Positions 26,795 through 37,879 of a DNA stretch of 64,000 nt are shown here, piece after piece. The stretch is from Azolla caroliniana (Eukaryota; Plantae; Polypodiophyta): positions 4,216,001-4,280,000 of the forward strand of contig JBHGNT010000022.1 of NCBI GenBank assembly GCA_043228905.1, read 5' to 3'. Numbering within the stretch: the first letter of the stretch is position 1; every line of letters begins with the position of its first letter. The notes below the pieces were generated by a model. It searched no databases. It had not been told where the DNA came from and was given only the letters and a program-made list of their open reading frames with translations. The translations under genes were made by a program, and so were the position numbers.

Positions 26795-27176
26795 TGTTAA
26801 CTCTTAGGGCCGGATAATGGCCTAACACAGGGTGTCTACGGAAGACACTTCACCAAAGGGGTGTTACAGCAAGAGGATTAGGCTCAACGATTAATCCGAC
26901 TAAATTAGGTTACTTAGCAAGATCGTCCTTAATGATCACACGCGTAAGATATAACAATGAATGCAGAACGACAATTAACACAGAGAGATAAAAAAACACT
27001 AAGCTTCATTAATTAACTGCTGCTCATTACATTGTATCCGGGCCTTTAAATAGGTTTCCGGTTTGTAGTACAAAACGGTGCCATCCGCACCTGTTCGGGA
27101 TCGGTCCGGATCCGGAACGGCATAATTAAATAACTCCTCCGTTTCACACTCTGGACTACTTTGCCGGCCGGTAACT
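26795..27176 (-). repeat. Element B 5' LTR (382 bp; 55-bp deletion; terminal base mutated)
   Basis: Lacks the segment equivalent to 17613-17667; ends TAACT instead of TAACA. Confidence 0.95.
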
Positions 27177-27536
27177 GAGGTCTAAGTGCACTTCGGGGTC
27201 CTCGTAATAGGACTTAAAGAGCCGAAACAACATATGTGGGCACCAAAACATAGTTTATTGTTAACATATTTTTCGTGTATAAACTATTCATGACGCAAAC
27301 ATACATGGTTGAGCCTCCGGGAGCCGCCATGAGAAAATCGATATAGAGATCAGGGAAAGACATTTATTTTTCACCCCCGTGGTTTTTAAAACACCTTTGT
27401 GTTACCATAGTAACCTGATCTTGAACCTCATCTCATACGTTTAGAGGGGTATTGACGTGAGATCATGATATCGATTAATGATGTTATGACTATCTCTCTG
27501 ACCTTATCCTATTTCTTTTCTAGAAATAATCATTTA

Positions 27537-29810
27537 ATGGCTCAAAATAATGACCCGATGTCATCCTCTCAAGCGGAAGGAACTCAAGGGAATCCTCCTG
27601 GACAAATGTCCATTGAGATGTATTTTTCTCAAATAACCCAATACCTTAGTTTCACCGCTCAACAGATGACCAAACTTCGGCAATCTCAAAGTGCTCTCGA
27701 GGCACGCGTCATTAGTCTACAACGTGAGACTAATAGACTTGATGAGCGACAGGGTGAACCATCGTTTGTCATTAAGCCATTTACGGGAGACAAAAAGGAA
27801 AGAACCGAAGAAGCAATCTGCACGTGGCTGGGCCGATGGGAGTCCCATTTTGAGCTCTATCCCATGCCAGATAGTACGAAGATTGCATATGTCGGTCGAG
27901 AACTAGGGGGTAAGGCCGCCGTCTAGTGGCGTGGGCTCCGTACTTTGGGGAAATTGCCCGATACCGAGACAAATTTTAGGGTTTAAGGTTTTCAAGGGCC
28001 AATTTCTGCAACCTCCCTCTCGAACCGAGGCAGCACAAGCTTTAATGAACCTCTCTAGCACGAAGTTTTCCTCGCTAGAAGATTATGTCCACCATGCTAG
28101 AACCCAAATCCAAAAATCGGGTCTAGAAGGGGACAATTGGTTAATAGCTTGTTTTGTCAATGACATCCCCAATTTGGACTATCATTGGATAGTTCACGAT
28201 AAGGATCCAAAATCCTTCGAAGAGGCCGTTGAAATAGTTCTTCGCTATCAACGCACTTCGAAGAAGGACCACAACAAACCCAACGAAGTGCCCGAGACTA
28301 AGCAGTCGCAATTCGGTGGGAAACGCAAGACACCCAACAAATTCATGGATCGCGATTGTAAGCGACAACATCCTTTTTGTGTATTCTGCAAAAAGAAGGG
28401 TCATACAAAAGAACAATGTCGAAAGCTCCAACGGAAAGAGCACGAGAACAAAGCTAAAGCTGCAGACCATAAAGGTCAGATTCCTAATGTCCTTCAGTTC
28501 TATACACATCATTTAAGTAATTGTCAATGTTCTTTCCCTCACTATGTATTGGGTCCCAATGATTTACTACGTGCAAACGGGTATATCAATGGATCTCCCG
28601 TACAATTTTGATTTGATTTGGGAAGCTCACACAACTTTGTGAATGATCGTTTGGTTCAGATATGGGGAATTCAACCCACCGTAAGTGATCACACCTACAC
28701 GGTGCACTTGGCTGATGGAAGAGTACAATACATCAACGGGGCGATTCATTCATTAGGAATTTCTATTGACACTTATATAGAGGAAGTAGACTTCCATGTA
28801 ATGAATCTTTGTAGGTCACTGATGTAATACTGGGTTATCCCTGGTTCTATAATAAAAGCTCTTCTTTATCTATTGATTGGGTTCATCATTTGATTACATT
28901 TGTACTGAACAACTGTACTCATTTTATTCAATGTGTCAAAAAACAATCCCTCTCAATTGTTTCCTCGTGTCCATCAATATCCGAGTTGTCTTGTTCTACT
29001 CTATTTTATTGTGTACTTGATCCGGACATTCACATTTACAATATCGATAATGTCTCGGTTCAATTAACATATTTTGAACAACAACAACTTGATGAAATCT
29101 TAAATGATTTTCGTGATGTTTTTCCGAGTGAACTACCAGATGGCTTACCTCCTAAACGTAATATAGACCATCGTATAGATATTGTACCTGGTGTTGCACC
29201 AATAAGTATACCTCCTTATCGCTTAAGTCGATCCGAAGAGGATGAGGTATCTAAGCAACTCAAGGACTATTTACGAATGGGTTATATACGTTATAGTAAA
29301 TCTCCATGGGGTGCACCAGTTCTCTTGGTTAAAAAGAAAGAGGGCACATGGCATATGTGTATTAATTACCGACACTTGAATAAAGTGACGATCAAGAATT
29401 CGTATCCACTGCCCCGGGCTAGCGATCTAATTGACCGTCTCCAGGGAGCTCGATATTTTACGAAACTTGATCTCCGTACTGGCTACCATCAAATTCGTAT
29501 AAGTGAGGACGATGTTCCTAAAACGGCATTTCGTACATGCTATGGCCATTATGAGTTTTTGGTTATGCTTTTGGTTTGATCAATGCTCCGGCTACATTTC
29601 AACAAGAAATGAATGACATTTTCCGAGAACAACTTGGAAAATTTGTCGTTATTTTCTTGGATGATATTTTAGTTTATAGCCGTACATTACAAGAACATGC
29701 TAAACATGTCTCTTTGTTTTACAAACATTGCGTGACAAAAAGTTTTATGCGAAGATCTCAAAATGTGAGTTCTTCAAGAAATCAATTACTTATCTTGGAC
29801 ATCTCATAAC
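27537..29810 (+). pseudogene. gag-pol: Element A gag, protease and RT (N-terminal part)
   Basis: CVFCKKKGHTKEQC knuckle; DLGSSHNFV protease; [24 protein letters not shown] and FLDDILVYS; broken at YLGHLI|T by C. Confidence 0.95.
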
Positions 29811-30229
29811 TGTTACCGGCCGGCAAGGAGTCCAAAATACGGAGTGAAGGAATTAATTAAGTATGGTTGTAAATAAGCATAGTATGGACGGACGGACTGG
29901 AAACGGTATGCCGTTCCAGATCCGGACGGATCCCGAATAGGTGCGATAGGCACCGTTTTGTACTACAGACCGGAAACCTATTTAAAGGCCCGGAGCCCAT
30001 TGTAATCGCAGCGGATAATTAATAGAGCGTATGGTGTTTATACTTCTGTGTTGATTTCCGTTCTGTACTTACTGTTATATCTTACGCGTGTAATTAACAA
30101 AAGCGCTCTAATCGTGTAACCTACGTAAGTCGGTGTAATCGTTGAGTCATAATCCTATGCCGTAATCACCCTTTGGTGAAGTGTCTCCGCGACACCTTGT
30201 GTTAGGCCTTGTCCGGTCAGAGAATAACA
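29811..30229 (+). repeat. Element C 5' LTR
   Basis: TGTTA...TAACA; TATA-like CCTATTTAAAGG at ~29977. Confidence 0.97.
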
Positions 30230-30235
30230 CAGTTT

Positions 30236-30246
30236 TGGCGACCACG
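30236..30246 (+). promoter_or_regulatory. Element C minus-strand PBS (tRNA-Arg(UCG)-like)
   Basis: TGGCGACCACG, 6 nt after the LTR. Confidence 0.75.
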
Positions 30247-30282
30247 ATTCCTGCTTTCTCGCAGCGAACGACGGCTTAATGG

Positions 30283-33200
30283 ATGACGAGACCAACGCAC
30301 GACCTGGTTACAGATCGAGCTCGACGCCTCGCCGAACGGCAAAGACGGCGTGAGACTTTCCAGCAAGCAGCGCACGAAATTCGCTCGGATCGTTCGTTCT
30401 CCAACGAGATCCGGAGAGTCGCGGAGGAATCTCTTCGGTTACAGCAAACTCGCGACCAGGACGACGGAAGCGGTCTAAGTAGTCTCCGGGAAACCGAACG
30501 CCTCCTCGAGGCGCTGGCAAGCGTAGAAAACGAGGCAGAAGCCTTTTTAGCCTACGAATCGGATTCCGAAGGGGGATACAGCGTGCACACGAACTACCGG
30601 AGCAGCAACGATACCCCCGGCGGCCCGGAGGACAACGGGTCGGATACCGTGCCGACTCCAGAACCGGAACCGTTCGACCAGGGCTATCCGGAACCGCAAA
30701 CGGAAGCCGTCAACCCACCAACACCGGAAGTGGAAGAAGCAAAGCCACCGACACCAACGAAAGAACCGGAAAAAGAACCGGAAGAGGAACCGGAAAAAGC
30801 ACCGGCAAAAGAACCGGAAGTGGAACCGGAGAGAAAACCGGAAAGATATCAACAAACGCCACTAAACTGCGGCCTAATACTGGACGACGACATGCCGTTC
30901 CAATACTCAAAGTATCGCGATGATCCGGACGCGGAAGCGCATGTTCATGCCTTCTAGCAGACATGGGAAGCAAATCACGCGTCCCAGCGATTGACACCGG
31001 AGGAAGAAGAACGCTCGAAGATAGCGGAATTCGGGGTCACGTTGGAAGGACCAGCGGCACGATGGCGGCGGACGCAGGACCCGGCGACGAACACAACCTT
31101 TGCAGAATTAAAAGCAAAATTCTTGCATTTTTTCCACAAGGAGGTCGACCAGACGACAATGGTGGGCCTGTTTTATACGATCCGACAGGAGGCAGGGGAA
31201 AGCATTCCCCAATTCGTAATCCGTTTCCAACGAATGCATAGCCAGCTTGCCCGTGCACCCCCGGAGGAGGAATTACGGACGATATTTTTAAACGCACTCC
31301 GGGAACCGTTACGCACGGTGTGTACGGTGATCGACTTTCGAGGAAGCACCATTGACCAGGTCATTGACCGGGTCAGAGAAATGGAAAAGTCAAGCTCATG
31401 GCTTACACTGGGAGCACTGCAACGGGCGTTACCCACCGATGAAGATCTCCGGTTCCGGCAGGCAATTCAATGCACAATCTGCTTGAATGCCGGACACTCG
31501 GCAGTGGAGTGCACCATGCGAACCCAGTGTGTGATTTGTCAATCCAAGAGTCATACAACGGACCGGTGCGAGTATAACCTGTTAAACCGACAAGCACCAC
31601 CCGTCCGACGGATCGAGCCAAGAAGCAGCCGAGACGAAGATGAAGATCGTTGGCAAAGAATGAACCGGTACCGACCGGCACAGGATGTCCGGTACGGAGA
31701 CAGACAAGAGAATGATGGCCGGTACGGGGATCAACATGATAACTACGACCGGTATGAGCAATCGGACCGTTATCGGGAGTCCAACAGACGACACGAGCAA
31801 TACGACAGAGACCATTCCCCTGGTTACCGAAGGCACCAGGAGGACTACGGCCGATGTTACGATCCACCACGACAGGACTACCAAAATAAAAATAAGAATA
31901 ATAAGAAACGTAATTTCAAGAAAGGTGGTCACACTAGGGACCCGGAAAATGGAACCCCAAGGAGCCAACCGGCACAGAACGCACCACTCACTACGGGACC
32001 GACTCCGGCTACCAGCAATGCTGAATCCAGCAATACCCGTAAAGAGTACTGCTACTACTGCAGGCAGGAAGGCCACTACAGTAACCAGTGCCCGGCAAAG
32101 AGCTACGATAAACGACCAGCAGTTAATATGGTGGTTCCGGAAGTGGCGGATGTACAGCAAGTAACCACACGGTCGAAAGGCATGGCCAAAGAGTGGGAAA
32201 CACAAGAGGCCATACGAAAACAGGCGACGGAATGGGTGAAGGAAGCCAATGAAAGGAACGTCGCGGACGCGGAACGGCAAAAGGCGAATACCATAGGGAG
32301 TGCCGGCGGTAGCCATGCAGAAAACGAGACATGGCAAGCACTGCAAGAATGTCAGATCACGTTGCCATTAGGAAGACTCTTGCAGCTCGTGCCGCGATTT
32401 ACGGAAGGACTAAAAACGGTCATGACAGACGGTATAGCCCCACCGGCACCAGTCCTCTTCTCGAATCCGGAGGAGGGACTGACGGTGGTGGACACTAGTA
32501 GTCCGGTGATTACAACTATTGTCAAAGGGCACGAACTTCCCGGCACAGTAATCGATGGAGGTTCCGGGGTGAACGTAATAAGCCTCCGCACGTGTGATGC
32601 CTTGGGTATACATGAATGGGAGCCATGTCTGTTCTGGCTACGGATGGCGGATACGAGCTCTGTACGGCCGACGGGCTTAATACGGAAATTGGAAGTCACC
32701 ATAGGAGGTCACACATTTCACATCTCGGCTGTAGTGCTGCAGCTATAGGCGCAAGGCGCGTACCCACTGTTGCTGGGCAGACCATGGTTGAAAACAGCAC
32801 ACATCAAGCAAAATTGGCGGAAAAATATGATTACCTTCCGGCGCGGAAAAGCCAAGGTCCGGGTACCGACACAACCACGGACGAGCAACGGTAAGGAATG
32901 CACACCGCTGTATGCGGAATGCGTGAACATGCTTGAAGGGTTGGCAGATGACGAAGAAGCCCAGTACTTGGAGGAACACCCGAAGATCGTACCACTTTTC
33001 GAGATTGACGTGGCTGAAGCCGTAGCGCCATACTTGCCGCAGCGGGACGAAACCGAAGCCGAACCAGACAAAGATTCGATTCGGGAATTACGGCAAGCAC
33101 AGGAAGCGTTGGAACGGGAAATGGCCGTTTCCCAACGGGTAAAAACATCCCAGCTCGACGAAGTGAACCTAGGAAGCAAGGACAAATCAAAGCCGGTACA

Positions 33201-36115
33201 CATCGCCAAAGAAATGAAGCCGGAAGATAAAGTGGCGATGATCAAACTTCTCACGGAGTTTCGCGACGTATTCGCCTGGTCATACGAAGACATGCGAGGG
33301 CTGGACCCTCAATTATATCAGCATCAGATCCACTTAGGCAAGGACGCGAAACCAGTGGCGCAAAGATGTTACCGAATGAACCCCAACTACGCCGCCAAAG
33401 TGAAGGAGGAAATCGACAAACTCCTAAGAGTGGGCTTCATCCGGCCGGTAAAGAAAGCGACGTGGCTGAGCCCCATCGTCGTCGTCCCAAAGAAGAACGG
33501 TAAAATCCGCGTGTGTGTAGATTACAGGAAACTAAATGCAGCCACAATTACAGATGCATTCCCTCTTCCGTTCACGGATGGAGTACTGGATGCCGTCGCC
33601 GGCCATGAAGTTTATAGCTTTTTAGACGGGTTCAGCGGATACAATCAAATCCGGATGCACCCTGACGACCAGGAGAAGACAACGTTCGTCACCGAATGGG
33701 GGGTGTTTGTGGCCGTAGTAATGATGTTCGGACTAAAAACGGCACCAGCAACTTTCCAGCGAATCATCATGGAGATCTTCGGCGAATACATTCCAGCCTT
33801 CATGCAGGTTTTCCTGGATGACTTTGCAGTCTATAGCCGGGAAAAAGACCATTTGCAGCACCTACGGTTATGCCTTGAAAAGTGTAGGTTATACCGGCCA
33901 AGCTTAAACCCAGCAAAATGCATCTTTGGGGTTTCAAGTGGAATCTTACTGGGACACATTGTAAGTAAGGAGGGCATTGCGGTCGACCCGGACAAAGAAA
34001 ACGCGATACTAGGGGCACCGGCGCCGAAAACGGCCAAAGCACTAAGCCGATTCTTAGGACAGATCCGGTGGCACAGCCGGATGCTCCATCACTTGGCTGA
34101 CTTGGCTACACCATTACACACCGCGGTACATCGGACACCGTTCCAATGGACGAATACGGAGGATAAGGCATACAATGCCCTGAAGGTACTTTTGTCGCAA
34201 GCACCCGTCGTGCAGCCTCCGGATTGGAGCAAGGAATTTCATGTGTTCGTTGACGCTTCCGACATCGCTATCGGCAGCGCCTTAATGCAATTTACGGAGC
34301 CAAAATGGTACCGACCGGTATATTACGCCAGCCGGAAGCTGTCCCAAGCGGAGAAGAACTATTCGACTACGGAACGGGAGGCCCTGGGCATGATCTACAG
34401 TGTCACAAAGTTTCGTCATTACCTATTGGGAAGGAAGTTCTCCTTTCATGTGGATCACTCGGCGCTCCTGTACTTAGTGTCCAAGGCGTCCCTGATCGGT
34501 AAGTTGGCCCATTGGACCTTGCTGTTGCAGGAGTTCGAATTCGAGATCTACCACCGGCCCGGTATCCAGCATGCCGTAGCAGACTACCTGAGCCGATTAG
34601 AGTCCGGAGAATCAGGCGACGGAGTATCGGATGAATTCCCGGACGCAGAGTTATTCCGTATCACCCCGGAAACGACAGCGGACGACACGGTGGCATCAGA
34701 AGATAGGTGGCTGACAAACATGCACCAATTCCTAAGCACGGGCCTGCCACCGGAGGAAATGAACCGGGACGAGAGGAAACGACTGGCGGTGCAGAGCCGC
34801 AATTTCTGTCTGTTACGGGACACTCTCTACCACAAGGGAGCAGATGGAATATGGAGACGGGCAGTCCGTAGTGACGAGAAAGAAGTAATCTTACGGGAAG
34901 CACACTGGGGTTGCCGGAGGACACTATGCCGGGGAAGCGACGGCAAGGAAAGTATGGCAGAGCGGCTTATGGTGGCCCACGACGTTAAAAGACGCCATCA
35001 AGTATGCTAAGGAATGTGACCTATGCCAACGAATGGGCCAGCCTACGGAGCAAGCACAGATGCCACACCAACCGGTACTTCCACTAGAGCCATTCCAGAA
35101 GTGGGGGTTGGATTTTGTCGGACCGTTCAAGCCACCGGCAATGAGAACGGGTAATCGTTATGTCATCGTGGCAACAGATTATTGCACTAAATGGGTGGAG
35201 GCTAAGGCCTTGAGAGACAACACCGCGTCATCCACAGCAAAATTCCTGTACGAAAACATTTGGTGCCGATATGGATGTCCGATTGAGTTAATCAGCGACC
35301 AAGGAGGGCACTTCCTCGGCCAGGTAGTTGAAAGCTTAACAACGTTCTATGCCGTCGTCCATAAACAGAGCACACCGTACTACCCACAAGCAAACGGGTT
35401 AGCAGAGTCAACCAACAAAACGCTCCAGAACATTCTTCGCAAAATCGTCAATGAAAACCGGACGGACTGGGATACAAAGCTCCATAGCGCGCTATGGGCG
35501 TACCGAACGGCATACAAAACAAGTATCCAGACAACGCCGTTCCGGTTAGCGTTCGGCTTAGAGGCGGTCATGCCGGTGGAATTTCAGGTACCAAGCTTAC
35601 GGATCCAACTACGGGAACGGCTGAATGAAAAGGAATCAGAGGAAATGCGGCTAGCACCACTATGCGAACTGGAGGAGCAATGGCTTGCCAGCATCCTACA
35701 CATGGAACTGGAGCAACGACGACGAAAAGCGTTTGTTGACCGTCACCGGAAAGGTAATGAAAAGATGTTCGAAATTGGAAAGCCGGTGCTAGTATTCCAA
35801 ACGAGGATGGGCAAGATGCCGGGTAAACTCCGGTTTAGATGGACAGGCCCGTATTGGCTGACACGGGAATACAACGGGTCCTATCAGTTAGGGACACTTG
35901 CCGGTGAAGTGCTAGGCAAGTGGGTCAACGGATTTAGACTAAAGCCCTATAAAGGACCGATGCCAAATAACCCATTTATGCAGCCCACCGGCACTATACC
36001 GGGAACGGTACGGATGGAAGAAAAAGACGACGGGGAACCTGTAGCAGAGGCGAAGGAAGACACGGCAACCCGTAAGGAAAACGGTAAGGGTCCGAAGGGA
36101 CCTACGGATGTGTAA
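30283..36115 (+). pseudogene. gag-pol: Element C gag-pol; ancestrally one ORF, now two TAG stops (30955, 32746) and a 2-bp deletion (~34905)
   Basis: ORFs 30283, 30991 and 32770 share one frame; protease VIDGGSG, RT FLDDF, RNase H and integrase motifs present; B has sense codons at the stop sites. Confidence 0.95.
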
Positions 36116-37375
36116 GATCACATACCGTCATTAAAAAAAAAAAAAAAAAAAAAAGAAATCATTAAAAATCGAGGTATGAACGGACGTGAAAGGAAGGAGC
36201 GAAAAGGTACGTAGTGGGCATTTAAGAGCCGCCACATTACTTAATACTAAATTGGTACACGACGTGCGCATGCTCGAAAAAGGCGCCAAGACGCACAGAG
36301 AAAAAGCAGAACGCATGGAGACCTTTTTTTGTCGCGAGCCAAGAAGCACAGAAGCACCAAGGCGGTGGAAGCTTAGCAAACGCGAACCTGCACTCAGAGA
36401 ACCCCCACGTTCGGAACTCTCTCTCTCTCGCTCTCACTCTCATCACCACTCTACCTCGCCATCTTTCCTCAACCTCGAAGCAGACATGGAACCACAAACG
36501 CTGTCGGAAGCGGCCAGGAAATGGCTCAGGCAACACGGACTGGAGGGGTTCTTGACCATCATGGAGGCACCACCGCACAAAGAAGCCGACCGGGTCATCA
36601 AGGAGCTCGACACAGAAGTCATCACCGAGGAAGCGATTCGTGCGCTAACAGGCCTTCCGGAGGGAGGTATTTTTCAGATAGATAACCCAACCTCGGAGCA
36701 ACTCATCCGATATTTCGGTGAGTACTCTCTAGCCGACAAAGGCTATCGAACACAGGGCGGCGAAGATCCGCTATTCAGGGAGATAGCTCGAGTGCTCCAT
36801 GAGTACGGCCACGTGTACCCCCGACCCCCTGTCATGCCAAAAAATTGGGCAGGGATGATCATAGCCACCTATGAAGGGATCAAGGTGGATTGGCCGGTGT
36901 TGATTGCAGACGGTTTGTGCGCGGCAATCGACACGGTACGAGGAAAGGACGGCAAGGAGGGCCGGAAGCTGTGGCATGCCGTAGCTCAGTGGATAACATT
37001 GCTCGCGCCGCCGGTCGAGACCGTCCAGCCAAAGAAGCGGCCAAGATTATCGGAAGGAAGCACCTCGAAACCCGCGTCCAAACGACAGCAGCTGCTGGCG
37101 TCGAAGGCAACGAAAGGGAAGAAACGGCTCCCAGAACCGGAGGAGGTGTCACCGGTCCGACCCGTTAAGATAACCATACGGCGACCGGGACAGAAGGAAC
37201 CGGAACCCTTGATGGCACAGATACATGCCGTTACCCAGGAAGAGGAAACGGAGGAGCCTGTAGAGCACCTCCAACGACGGTCAAGAAGTAGGACCGCCGG
37301 GACAACGGGGGAGCGTTCGGACCCGCAAAAGGAAGAAACGCCCCCAACTCAACCTGAGCAAACCACAAGGGAGGA

Positions 37376-37463
37376 TGTTGGAGACAAGGTCGTCTATGCG
37401 GAAGATCAAGAAGCATTCGATTCTGTTCTGTACCTGCGTATGACAGTTTCTAGGTCGTTGCAC

Positions 37464-37504
<41 letters not shown>

Positions 37505-37686
37505 AAACGACTCTTTCTATTCCATAAAGCAATAATACAACCCAACCTTACAAAAAGGTTACAAGGTCACTATATATAGTGACAGACTTAGGGCATCTAC
37601 CATTTATGCTAATTACACAAATGGCCCAAACTTGATCTGTACAAAGGGATAGTGTGAATACGTCCATTATACACTTGTATTCGACA
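37376..37686 (-). repeat. Element D 3' LTR with internal (GA)n
   Basis: TGTTG...CGACA; ~5 substitutions and a microsatellite length difference versus the 5' LTR. Confidence 0.97.
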
Positions 37687-37879
37687 CTCCCCCGTAATGG
37701 GCGTATACATGGGTTATCTAAGATTACAGGCATAAACCTAGGTTCTCAGACATATCAGTTTTGTTCGAGTCGGCAGGGTCCGAAGGCAGAAGACCGAACT
37801 GGTCGGGTCGGAAGAGTTGAAGCCGATCATTAAGGAACTGATGTCGGTTGTCGGAAACCATCCTGCGATGTGTCCGGCT

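Larger units (their letters stand above)
17283..27176 (-). mobile_element. Element B: non-chromoviral Ty3/Gypsy (Athila/Selgy-like) with a 3' accessory ORF, inserted in the leader of A
   Basis: LTRs 17283-17719 and 26795-27176; TSD GAGGT (17278-17282 / 27177-27181); gag-PR-RT-RH-INT without chromodomain or extra RNase H. Confidence 0.95.

Noticed and set aside
31582-32346. Long antisense ORFs over gag/pol (also 43699..44337, 54914..55690)
   Set aside because: Shadow frames of biased retroelement coding sequence, not conserved between copies
32746-32748. Programmed gag/pol read-through stop
   Set aside because: It falls inside the protease region, and B has CAG (Gln) at this site
36186-37535. 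449-aa ORF as a complete gene
   Set aside because: Its last ~50 codons (including RERERE) are read-through into the D LTR; the true frame resumes at 42912
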